The notes under the pieces were generated by a model, which saw only the letters and a program-made list of their open reading frames with translations, ran no database searches and was not told the origin of the DNA. Position numbers and translations under genes: made by a program. This document shows, one piece after another, positions 1-11,500 of a stretch of 64,000 nt of DNA (position 1 is its first letter; every line of letters begins with the position of its first letter). This DNA is from Enoplolaimus lenunculus (taxonomy: Eukaryota), in the NCBI GenBank assembly GCA_030248215.1, contig JASANG010000727.1, forward strand, positions 248,001-312,000, in the 5' to 3' direction.

Positions 1-387
1 TTTCAACATGGATTGTTCGGATAATTTTCAAAATGGATTCCAGTCCGAATAGTTTCCAGCAACAACTAAACCTTAGGGGCAGAGCAACAACAAACTGAAA
101 TAATCCAGAAAGCAGAATTGCAACGGTTTGAAAATATCAACAAAATTGAAAACACATTTTTCGAAACAGAAAGATGAGTCTGTCCAGTTAAATTTTATTC
201 ATTGCTAAAGCGTAAACATTATTTCACAAAATGCCAAATTTTTCATCTTTGTAGTAATCCATTTGGTTTTTAATTGACGCCGAAAAAATCTCGTCACTGT
301 CGCGTCCTGTTACGGTCGGCTGTGCTGTTGATTTTAAGCTTAAAGCATTCTTATAGCATTCGGTTAATTTGAATGCGCTTGTATATA

Positions 388-640
388 CACTGTAAATTGT
401 AATGAGTTGATTAATCAACTCAACTGAGTTAGTTGTTTTTGAATTAATATTGTTAAACATTAATAACTCAATATGAGTCGAATTGATTCTCACTCTGAGT
501 TGCGTTGATTGTTGCTGAGTTGTTTTAATTAACTCAGAACGGGTTGAATTGAATCAGAACGCTGAGTTTTGACAGTCCTAACTCAGATTGAGTGATATAA
601 CTCGTTCTGAGTTAAAATCAACTCACTGAAATTTACAGTG
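388..640. mobile_element. Non-autonomous TIR element, CACTG...CAGTG family A (CACTA/EnSpm-like ends, 2-bp TSD)
   Basis: Ends CACTGTAAATT / AATTTACAGTG, flanked by TA on both sides. Related copies at 904-1136 (CA/CA flanks), 8497-8750 (TA/TA) and ~29633-29883. Confidence 0.8.
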
Positions 641-903
641 TACACAGTGACGTGTATGCAAGGGGGTGCAAAGGGGATATAAAGTTCCTTTCAAAATTTT
701 TGAAAAAGGAAGAAAAAGACGTACCCTTTTTAGGTTTTCGGGTAAACTGCTCAACCCAAGAAGTTTAATCATTTCTCGCTCGCTACTTTCGCTACATTAC
801 TGTTCACTTTAAAGACATATTATCGTGCGCTTGTTGATTTTGACGTTGCGTTGACGTATTTATGGTAGTTTTTAATTCAATTAATCAAAATTTCAAAAAA
901 ACA

Positions 904-1136
904 CACTGTATATTCCATTGAGTTGATTTATCAATTCAGCTAGCGAGTTAGTTATTTCTGAATTAATATCAGTAACCATTAACTCATTCTGAGTTGAGTT
1001 GACGCCGGTTGATTTGGTTAACTAACTAGGAATGAATTGAATCAACTAAAAATTCTGAGTTCTGATAGTCCTAGCTCTCAAACTGAATGATTCAACTCAT
1101 CCTGAGTTAAAAATCAACTGACTGAAATTTACAGTG
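904..1136. mobile_element. CACTG family A MITE copy
   Basis: Homologous to 388-640; CACTGTA...TACAGTG ends; CA duplicated on both sides. Confidence 0.75.
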
Positions 1137-1320
1137 CAGTAAAGTCGAATTAATTGTACAAACGTGTATAAAACGTTAAAACAGTCTGTAAAAACTGCTA
1201 CGCACGCGGTATTTTTTCGGCGATTACCACTTTTCGTGATTTGTTGAACGATTTACTAAAAATCATGTATATAAAATCGCTATGCTAAAAAAGTATATGC
1301 GATCCATGTACAACAATTAC

Positions 1321-1733
1321 TTGCTTGGGTGTGGTATTTTTATATAATTGTGTTTGTTAAAAATTCAAACATTGCAACAAAATAGTTGCAGACATATCGA
1401 ATAAACTACGACGCTAAAATTAATGATTATTTAGCAATCATTATATTTGTGATCCTCAAAGTAAAAATGTCAACTGAGCCGGGCAGAGAGAGAGCGTGCT
1501 TTGTTTTCAACCTTTTCAGAAAATGTTGCTTGGGTGTGGTATTTTTATATAATTGTGTTTGTTAAAAATTCAAAAATTGCAACAAAATAGTTGCAGACAT
1601 ATCGAATAAACTACGACGCTAAAATGAATGATTATTTAGTAATCATTATATTTGTGATCCTCAAAGTAAAAATGTCAACTGAGCCGGGCAGAGAGAGAGC
1701 GTGCTTTGTTTTCAACCTTTTCAGAAAATGTTG
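1321..1733 (+). repeat. Near-perfect 205-bp tandem duplication
   Basis: TTGCTTGGGTGTGG... starts at 1321 and again at 1526, with only a few mismatches between units. Confidence 0.9.
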
Positions 1734-1834
1734 AAATTTACCAAAACTTTAATGTTTACAGAAACAGCTTAAGTAATCCTTTATACAAAATGTAGATAGA
1801 ATGCGTGTATTGCGGAACAAATTACAGTTTTAAT

Positions 1835-2033
1835 GGCCCATGTATGGAACAGGGCCGGATCGTTTTCTGGAGGGGCTATAATAGAGTCAGTTTAAGCTTT
1901 ATATAGACTATTTTTTGCGTAGGCTGAGGCTTAGGCTTAGGAATAGGCTCATCCATACGCTTAGGCTTACGCTTGGGCATAGGCTTAGGAATATGCTTAT
2001 ACTACTGTTCTGGCCCTGTTCTATACATGAGCC
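1835..2033 (+). mobile_element. TTAGGC-containing MITE, subfamily A
   Basis: Imperfect ~25-bp TIRs of the GGCCCATGTATAGAACAGGGCCGGA type; internal degenerate (TTAGGC)n; 8-bp flanks GTTTTAAT/GTGTTAAT. Confidence 0.8.
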
Positions 2034-2368
2034 GTGTTAATGATGCCATTAAATTTTAAAACAAGCTATATATCAACAGTTACTTCATTTTGAACTAAGA
2101 TTTGAGTTTTGCGAGGCGCTGGCAAATTAACGAAAAGGAGAGATAAGAAGTCTGTTTCTTACGGAAGTGTTGAGAAAATTTGCAAATATCATTTGCTAAA
2201 ATGACGATAAAAATATACCCGTTAAGGCGTTCAACTCAATTACTATAATCAGTCAAATAAAATATTATTTACAACGTACAGAGTCAATCAGACAACCTTG
2301 AAAACCACGCTGAAAACAATATATATAATTTGATGTTTTCATTAAAGCTTAAAATTGCTTTTCCCCAA

Positions 2369-2577
2369 TACTGCAAAAAATGGTGAGTCAAATTGACTGT
2401 CTTCGAAATGGGCTCTATGGTTCTACACAAATTGCGTCAAATTCGACTGTGCCACAGTCAAATTCGAATCACTGAGTCGCAGGTTTGACTGTGGCGGAGT
2501 CAAATTTGACTCAGTTTATGTAGTCCCGTAGAGCCTATTTCGGAGAGTGTCAATTTGACTCACCATTTTTTGCAGTG
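2369..2577. mobile_element. Palindromic CACTG family B MITE
   Basis: CTGCAAAAAATGGTGAGTCAAATTGAC and its reverse complement at the ends. Copies at ~6056-6247, 10602-10822 and a partial at ~8371. Confidence 0.75.
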
Positions 2578-3556
2578 CAAAATTGCCGGCATCCGCAATT
2601 GTTACTAACCCATCACAAACAGCTATTGAAAATTAATATTTTACACGACAATTTTTTATACACTCCAATGACACGTTTCTAAATACTACTAGTAGCTAAG
2701 TATTTAGCGTTTAAATTTAACTTTGTTTCTTATGTTTGCAAGCTTGCCAGCTTCGATTTCCTTATGTTTCATCATGATTATACCACAACTGCAGCGTTTG
2801 AAAATATTTGCTCAAGCGAAGACAGCGGACAAAACGTTGCCAATCACTAAAATTCGCGTTGTTATGTTGTTTCTATCAAATTCAAAACAAAATACACAAA
2901 GTTTTAAACTGATATTTTTTCATTTTCAACAACCTTTTAATTTAATAGTCATCATACACCGTTGTAAATTTGAATTTTCACTAAAACCAAACATCAGTTA
3001 CGTGTAAAACAATTACGGAAATTTTTTTGCACCAAAAATCAAATTGTGTTTGCTTGTGCAGCTCAAGCAGTTGAAAATTTTGCTAAAAATACATCTATGA
3101 AGCGTGTGTACTCTTGTAATCATGATATGTTTAAACCAATTGTCACCGTGTTTTTGTATCCGTTTTTTCGCTAAATTAAAATTTAATTAATGTTCTTCAA
3201 ACTTAATTTATTGCAAATCGTTAGTTTTTGGCGACGACAAAACGTGACAAAAGATGTGATACAGGAAAACATGTGTAATTATTAATGACAAATCACATTT
3301 TGGTTGAGATATCAAGCATTGATAACAAATGTCTCAAAAAACAATCGTACTGCGTTGACAAAATTTTTCTATATTTAAGCAACGCTTTTCGACGCTATGG
3401 TTGTGGTCAGTTTGAAAAGTTCGACGCTACTTTGCTCTGCTCTCATATTTTGCTGCGTTAAGTGCATTTTTTGGCTACTCTGCTCGCTTTGTTCTGTAAG
3501 CTAAGTAGGCTTTCAATTTTCACACGGTTAAACGTTTCGTGCTGCAATAGTGCAAT

Positions 3557-6500
3557 ATGGTGAACACACTGCTGTTAACTGCTTTTACTGCTGCAATGGC
3601 AATTTGGTATGTTGACGCAATCCCTGTTGACAACGGATTGGAAGGTGATCCTGAAGTTCAGTGTGGCTCGTCTGATATTTCAGTGGTATTTTCGACACGG
3701 AATCCGTTTGAAGGACACGTTTATGTTAAAGGATTGTACGCTCAAGATGTAAGCGTTTCGGAGTAGATGCGCTTCTTGCTTTTGGCTTAGGTTTAGTTTT
3801 AGGCTTAGACTTTGGCTAAATGTGTGGCTTAGGCTTAGAAATCTGCTTTTTAAAAGAGCACCCTTAGTCCCAGTATTTCTAATCGGGAGTGTTTAAGCTC
3901 GTACAACAGGTTTTACCTCTATGATCCAATAGCTTGATAGATATTTTTATCTTAAATGCCTGTATGCTCAAAAGGTTAGCGTTTCATTGCAGTTTGTATA
4001 GAGGCGTATCCAAGATTTCATTACGGTAAGAAGCCGCATATAAAACGTTTTACTCAAGAATTCAGCATGATTAATATTTGAAAACGTAGTGAAAGACTCG
4101 TTTTTCTTGTATCTCTAAACACTGCGAGAATAAAAATATTTTACTATGATTTTTAAAAACTGTAGTTGGACATTGGCGGTTGCCAATTTCCACACAGCGG
4201 GCACAAGATAAAGTGGATGATTCATAAGTTTCTATGTTAACTCAATTTATCCTCTTCGTAAATTTTAGAAGAATACCGCTGGTAAGTTTGTTGCAAAACC
4301 ACCAGTAGCAAAACTGTTAAACCAAATATATGGTATGTTTTTACCCAAACAAAAATTGGTTATTCTTCCAATGATACCATACCAACTAATAACAGTAACA
4401 TTTTGCAACTCTGCTATATTTAACCTATTTTTATTCAAACATTATTTGTCTGTTGCAAAAACACTGGTTTATCTAACCAGAAATACGAGATTAGGTATAA
4501 ACGTTTGGCAAAGCTTCAAAGCTAAAGTTTCAATTCTTCCGCAAAGCGCACCGTCGCATTTTGAGTGGTAAATTCGCAACTGCAATTGTTGTAAAATTTA
4601 GTCAACCAATAAATGTGTACGAATATTTTTTAATTGCGTGCGCATTATTAAGTGGATGATGCATCAGATAAGGACCGATCCTCAAGGATTCCAAACACAA
4701 CGTAAACCCTGGTTTACCTGTAATCTGAAAAATACTGTATTAACGTTAAAACATTTAAGGGTTGTCGTGAGTCTGGTAATCCAAGCATTACACTGCCGTT
4801 TGATTCGTGCAATGTAGTACGGGAACGTTCGCTGGAACCGCGTGGTATTTTTGTCCGAACTACGCTAATTATCCAATTCCATCCGCTGTTTGTAACCAAA
4901 GTATGCTTTTAGTTTAATTGTACCAGTACCGTATTCCAGTTAAGCAATAAGCTGTCAAGAAATGCATCAATAATTTGACCCTGTAAAGCCCTATTCATAC
5001 GTGCAAGTTTTTGCAGCAAAAACTTGCACGTGTACCTTGCATATGCCAGTTTGGTCAAAAAGCTACTTTGAAGGTCTTGCAGCTGCAAATTATTCACTGA
5101 ATTCATGCTATTTAATTTGATTCGCACCTGTGAATGCGATTGTAAGTCGCTTGAATTTTTTGCACCTGCAGTTTGATTAGTCAATAGGAATGTTCCTTTG
5201 AAAATACTTACAGCTGCATGTATTTCGTGCAAAATGTAGGTGCGAGTTCTCGCTGCGAAATCTTGCACGTGTGAATGGGGCTTAGTTTTGAAAGGTTAAA
5301 CAACGTCTACTGTTGTCTGTTTGCTAATGTTCATTTTTCTTATTTAACTTTTGTAATGGTCTTTAGTTTGTACTGCTGATTGATGTAACTAAAAGGAACG
5401 TAGTCCAGGGTTCCAACGGAATTCCGATTCCGGCTAAAATTCTGCCAAAATTTGCATTCCGATGCCGGAATTCCGATTTTTCGGTGATGAGTTTTTATTG
5501 AAATATTGGTAAAACGCTAGAGAACTCGTTACAAGGTGTAATTACGGCTAACTCTGAGCATTGGTAGGACGCTGTTAATATCATAAGATAGATACAAACT
5601 ATTTTACTGAAAATATAAACAATAAAATACATACTGGCATACGGCGACAAAAGTAATACACTTACTTTTAATAGTATTACTAAAATTTAAATTCCGATTT
5701 CGATTCGGATTCCAGTTCCAGCAAAAAAAATTGATTCGATTTCCGATTCCGCAACCGACAAAATCTGTTCCGGTTGGAACTCTGGAACATACCTTTTATT
5801 TAAGCTTAAACTTAAAATATATTTCTAAAGTGTCGCATTTTAGTTTATCTGGGTTGCAGCTGTCGGTCATTGTACCGTCCACTGAGACTAATATTGTCGA
5901 ATGCTTTCTAAGCATTTAAGCGTTGAAGTAAAAATTTACATATATTCGCGCAAAATTTCGCTAAAACACTAAAGTCTACTCAAACGAGGTAATCTGAAAC
6001 ACACGTTTCTAGGAGTTCAAACTAGTTTCAGTTACTTAGCCATTCGTTTCACTTAACTGCAAAAAATGGTGAGTCAAATTGACTCTCTCCGAAATAGGTT
6101 TTTCCTGACTACACAAACTGAGTCAAATTCGACTCACAGAGCAGTGAGTCGAATTTGTCTCTGGCGGAGTCGAGTTTCGACTCATATTGTGTAGTCAGGA
6201 AAAGCCTATTTCGGAGAGAGTCAATTTGACTTCCTATTTTTTGCAGTTTGTCAAGGTTATTTTACGGTACAAAATGTACGAAACACGTAAGGTTTGTTAT
6301 ATTGGGTACCTGCCTTGTTGCTGCTAATATCTGCAACGAATAATTTTTAATTAGTTTCCAATAAATCTTATCCTGTGCCCGCTAAATTCGCACAGGTTGA
6401 TCGAGCCATCACATTCCAATGCTTTTACATGGAAGCCGACAAGACAGTTAGCCAAGACCTCGAGGTGTCACCACTGACCACCAGCTTACGAACTGCCAAC

Positions 6501-9210
6501 GTTCCTATGCCAGTGTGCCGATATGATATCTTAGACGCTCCAGATGGATCACCTGTCAAGTATGTCTAACACAGAAACTGAGATGGAGGGATGTTTTCTG
6601 GGGCATCGCGGGATCCTACGAAAACCCTTGACCCACCTGCCCCACGAAAATATAGAAGTTGTATAACAAAAAAACGTAACATTTATTTCAGCGATTGTTA
6701 TGATGATTTCCAAGTCTTTAGTCAATTATTAATCTATCTTGTAGAGACTTATTTTCAGTTCAGTTTTAAAGTGAATTTAGCACGCAGTGGCCCATAAAAA
6801 ATCCGCCCAACAGGGTCGGATCGTTTTCCGGCGGGGCTGTAATAGAGTCAGTTTAAGCTTTAGACTAACTGATTTGCTTTAGGCTGAGGCTTAGGCTTAG
6901 GAATAGGCTCATCCATACGCTTAGGCTTACGCTTAGGCATAGGCTTAGGAATATGCTTATACTACTGTTCTGGCCCTGTTCTATACATGGACCGTTTTAA
7001 TGATGCCATTAAATTTTAAAACAAGCTATATATCAACAGTTACTTCATTTAAAGGCTCAGGTTTAGGCTTAGGCTTAGGCTTAGGAATAGGCTCGTCTAT
7101 ACGCTTAGGCTTAGGCTTAGGCTTAGGAATATGCTGACACTACTGTTCCGGCCCTTTTCTATACATTGGCCGTTAGTTTTGACCAATATCTACACTTTCT
7201 ATTAACCAGAATGAACGCTTGATATAAAGTTAAGAAAAATATTAATTTTTTGTCGTATTTATTTTGTATTTCAGATACGTTTTGGTTGGTCAGTCAGTGT
7301 ACCACAAGTGGAACTGTATCACTGAAACTGTCGATACGTTTTGTATGGTTGTACATTCATGCACAGTTGACGATGGTGCTGTAAGTAGTTTTTATTTTCA
7401 AATTTCTAATGTATTTTTCAATTTGATGTAATAATCGTTTGACAAGTTTACACTGTCGCATATTTACAGTGCATTCTCAAAACGATAGTTGCCCTTCTAA
7501 AGAAAGAAAGTTTTAAATTATTTTTTCAAAACATTGCAGCAATCTTCTATAATTGCGAAAAAAGGCATATTTACTGTAGTGACCCAAATAAAAGGGACAA
7601 TAACAGGAGGTCCCGATTTTGAGTCCCAATCAATATCAGTCCGTATCCCTAATAAGAGTCCGTAAGCGGATAGAGTCCCTAAACCCTAATTAGCGTACAT
7701 AATTGTCAATTGCTCATAATTGTAGCTCATAAACGACTCCAGGACCAAGCAAAAATCAGTAACGAAGGGTGGCGGAGGGCAGGTTGAAAATAAATAACAG
7801 TCAGTAACCGAATAGCAGGGGGTACCCTTTAGAGAGGCTAAATGAATATCAGCCTCCCCTCTTATTCGGGTCACTACAGTAACTAATGCTATGGTAATTT
7901 TGTTGAAAACCTGCCTCAAAAATTGGCGTGATTCTAGTTTTACTGTCACAGGTTACTATTAAATTGAAAAATACGATTTCGAGTTGGAAAGTGAAAATTA
8001 AGAAATTTTTAAATGTTACACATTTTAGGGAGACAAAGTTGAATTGTTAAATGACCAAGGCTGCGCTCTGGACAAATATTTGCTGCGAAACTTGGAATAT
8101 CCAACTGATTTGATGGCCGGCCAAGAAACTCACGTTTTCAAATTCGCCGATCGTAATCAACTGTTCTTCCAGTGTCAAATTGCAATTGCCATTAAGGTTT
8201 CATATATGTTAATTATTGCAATTTTACTATTAATTTTGGCTGAAATTAGTTTAATTGCAAACCTTTTCGTATATCCGTGTCTATAGTTGAAATTGGAAAA
8301 ATATCTTTGTCACGTGTACGTGACCAACTACATTTTGCGAAGGGCGATGCATGTATATAATGTAACCATACACTGTAAAAATAGTGAGTCAAATTGACTC
8401 CCTCCGAAATATGCTTCCTTTATTAAAATGCTATTATATTTGACGCCAATTTGTCAACACACGAAAAGTGTTTTCTATTTTTGGCACAATTCCTTACACT
8501 GTAAATTCCAATGAGTTGATTAATCAATTCAGCAAGCGAGTTGGTTATCTCTGAATTAATATCAGTAAACATTAAACACACTCTCATTTGAGTTTAATTC
8601 TCGCCCTAAGTTGAGTTGACTCTGTGTGAGTTGATAGATTATCTTACAATGCATTGAACCAACTCAAATTTCTGAGTTCTTATAGTCCTAACTCAGACTG
8701 AGTGATTCAACTCATTCTAAGTTAAAATCAACTCACTGAAATTTACAGTGTATAGTCGCAATTTCAACATACGTCAAAGATGCAGCGAACCTGGAAACGA
8801 AAATATTTTGGTTAAAATGCTATATATATTCAAAACTTTAGGAACCCGGCCAAGAATGCCCACTTCCGCAATGTCCAGCTTTACGTCATCGTTCGAAGCG
8901 TTCCGCTTACTCGCCGCTACTCGCGTCAAGCGTTGTTGATGTCAGCTCGACAATCGATGCACTTGATTTAGTCGCTGATGCAGAAGCACACCTTCCAACT
9001 GATCTTACGTCCCATCAACATCCTTCGTTCGCCATACGAGGAGCGCGTGTGATTTCGCTGCCAAGCCATAAATCCAATGCGATTAATAATAATTTTTGTT
9101 TATCTCCAGCCAGTCTTGGCATTGTGCTAGCCATGATTGTTTTGCTATTTATTGCTGGATTGGTTGCTATTATAGCGCTTTGTGTTCGTAAATCAAAATT
9201 TGTTTCGTGA
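3557..9210 (+). CDS. cut-1-like: Cuticlin (CUT-1-like ZP-domain cuticle protein), paralog 1, 379 aa
   Basis: Exons 3557-3748, 4760-4900, 6396-6559, 7275-7380, 8029-8196, 8842-9210; all introns GT-AG and in phase. Signal peptide, [15 protein letters not shown]...[58 protein letters not shown], furin-type RSKR site and C-terminal TM helix. AATAAA at ~9293. Confidence 0.95.
4987..5282. mobile_element. PIF/Harbinger-like MITE
   Basis: TIR AGCCCTATTCATACGTGCAAG; homologous to 58036-58303, which has a TTA/TTA TSD. Confidence 0.7.
6789..7171 (+). mobile_element. TTAGGC-containing MITE (subfamily A) with an internal segment matching 1920-2090
   Basis: GGCCCAT start and two successive right ends (6993, 7171). 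6994-7050 matches the flank at 2034-2090. Confidence 0.75.
7574..7879. mobile_element. Tc1/mariner-pogo(Tc2)-like MITE
   Basis: TIR CTGTAGTGACCC(A/G)AATAA and TA on both flanks. Relatives at ~11745-12077, 14279-14730, 31525-31687 and 31700-32114. Confidence 0.75.
8497..8750. mobile_element. CACTG family A MITE copy in cuticlin intron 5
   Basis: CACTGTAAATT...AATTTACAGTG with TA/TA flanks. Confidence 0.8.
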
Positions 9211-9335
9211 GATACGGGTATGGTGTCACAGGATATATCACATTAACGAGGGAAATACGTCATTTTTTGCATGCTTTCAGAATGAATTAAAAAATAAAAC
9301 GCTATTTTAAACGATTGTGGTGTTTTTCATACGCC

Positions 9336-9515
9336 ATTTTTAAAAATAATTTTATTTTTAAAAATAATTTTGTTTTTAAAAATAATTTTATTTTTATAAA
9401 AATAATTATATTTTTATAAACAATTTTATTTTTAAAAATAATTTTATTTTTATAAAAATAATTTTATTTTTATAAATAATTTTATTTTTTAAAAATAATT
9501 TTATAAAATTAATTT

Positions 9516-9592
<77 letters not shown>

Positions 9593-9712
9593 TGTTATAT
9601 TTATTTTTATAAAAATAACTTTATTTTTATAAATAATTATATTTTTAAAAATAATTTTATTTTTATAAATAATTTTATTTTTAAAAATAATTTTATTTTT
9701 AAGAATAATTTT
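9336..9712. repeat. AT-only minisatellite (TTTTTAAAAATAATTTTA-like units) with a ~73-nt poly-T run (9518-9590)
   Basis: Direct reading of the sequence. Confidence 0.85.
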
Positions 9713-10601
9713 AGTAAAGCGAAAGAATTCGAAAATGAATAGTTTGTGTAGCAAAACGTTATTTGCTGAACGCGTTTTCGCTATTTTAATCATCAAAATA
9801 ACGGCTTCTTACAAAATGCGAAAAACGATTTATTTCTTTTTTGACATCTTTTATATATAACTGATAATTTTTGGTAGTTTACGGCCGTTTTTTTTCTGAA
9901 AATATTAATTTTTTGTAAGCTTAACCCATAATTTTTAGCATTAATTTCCGAATTCAATTGTACGAAAATTAAAATAAATGTTTTAAATTCGGGTGATATG
10001 TCACAAATTATATCACCTTCAATGAAACATTTACATTTTGGCATTTTTACCGATAATCTTTTAGTTCGATTCATCTTATTTTCCATTGATAATCAGTTGA
10101 TTTAACAGTTAATGAAACAAAACAAGAACCGAATAACTTGAACACAAAATTTATATTTTTAGTTTTGTGTATAGGATTAATTGCGGCAGATAAAATAATA
10201 ATTCGAATAAAAATTAAAGTATCCAAAAACTGAAAATAGCAAAACAGCTGAAATTAGCACTGAATTATAATTAATCGGTTTGTCTGAAGTTGAACTGTGG
10301 TCGAAATACCCAAAAACAACTTAACCCGGAAACAGGACGCAGGTTTAGCCACTATAGATATTTTTAATGAGTGCCCTATAATTCGTATGCGCTTTCTTTT
10401 ATCAACTGTCTATTTTTATGCTTTACCCGTGTCATATATGTGCAAACACAAATAAACGTTTAAAATTAAAAAATGAATGCTCAAACGGTGTGTTTGTTCT
10501 GCTTGCGCAACAATATTTTATTAAATCACCGAATCCGTAATGTTTAGCATTACAAGCCAATGAATTAACGAGTTAAATTTAGTGTTCCTCATCGAGGCTT
10601 A

Positions 10602-10822
10602 CACTGTAAAAAATGGGGAGTCAAATTGATTCTCTAGGAAATAGGCTTTTCCTGGCTACACAAACAGAGTCAAATTTGACTCCGCCAGAGTCAAGTACGA
10701 CTCACTGAGCGATTCAATGAATCGAATTTGACTCTGGCGGAGTCGAATTTTGACTCAGTTTGTGTAGCCAGGAAAAGCCTATTTCCGAGAGAGTCAATTT
10801 GACTTCCCATTTTTTTACAGTG
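10602..10822. mobile_element. Palindromic CACTG family B MITE
   Basis: CACTGTAAAAAATGGG...CCCATTTTTTTACAGTG; near-perfect foldback; TA/TA flanks. Confidence 0.8.
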
Positions 10823-10845
10823 TACTATCGTTGAACAGGCTGTTG

Positions 10846-11043
10846 GGCCCATGTATAGAACATGGCCGGATCGTTTTCCGGAGTGGCTATAAAAGAGTCA
10901 GTTTAAGCTTTAGACAATTTTTTTTTGCTTTGGCTTAGGCTTAGGCTTAGAAATTGGCTCATCCATACGCTTAGGCTTAGGCTTAGGCTTAAGCTTAGGT
11001 ATATGCTTATACTACTGTTCCGGCCCTGTTCTATACATGGACC
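10846..11043 (+). mobile_element. TTAGGC-containing MITE, subfamily A
   Basis: Perfect 8-bp TSD GGCTGTTG (10838-10845 / 11044-11051), TIRs and internal TTAGGC tracts. Confidence 0.9.
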
Positions 11044-11154
11044 GGCTGTTGACAGTGCGTCATCCTCTGTGGATGGTCAAGTTTTCCAAAAAACCTTTAT
11101 GCAACTTCCACAATAACATGCGTACACAAGGTGATTTTTGAGAGGGTAGTGTCA

Positions 11155-11500
11155 TGTACACTGAAGCCAAAAAGCTTCAGTATCCTGAACGTTGAAACCA
11201 AAAAGCTTCAGTGTCCTGGACATTGAACCATTTTTGGCTTCAGCATCCTTCGCATTGAAGCTTTTTGGCTTCAACGTCTAGGATACTGAAGCCAAAAATG
11301 CTTCAGTATACACGATACTGAAGCCAAAACCTTCGGTGTCCAGGACATTGAAGCATTTTGCATCCTGCACACTGAAGCCAAAACTGCTTCAGTATCCCAG
11401 ACGTTGCAGCCAAAAATGCTTCAGTATCCCCGCCGTTGTAGTCAAAAATGCTTCAATATCCTGGACACTGAAACAGTTTTGGCTTCTATATCCCACAAAG
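11155..11500. repeat. Cluster of short direct and inverted CTGAAGCCAAAA / CTTCAGTATCC repeats
   Basis: The motif recurs more than 10 times in both orientations. Confidence 0.65.

Noticed and set aside
6870..7130. TTAGGC runs as a true telomere or chromosome-fusion scar
   Set aside because: The runs are short, degenerate and enclosed by MITE TIRs, with TSDs in several copies.
9515..9796. Poly-Lys ORF, plus the poly-Leu/Cys ORF at 24340-24522 and the LRLRLR ORFs at 10925 and 13647
   Set aside because: These are translations of homopolymer, microsatellite or TTAGGC repeats.
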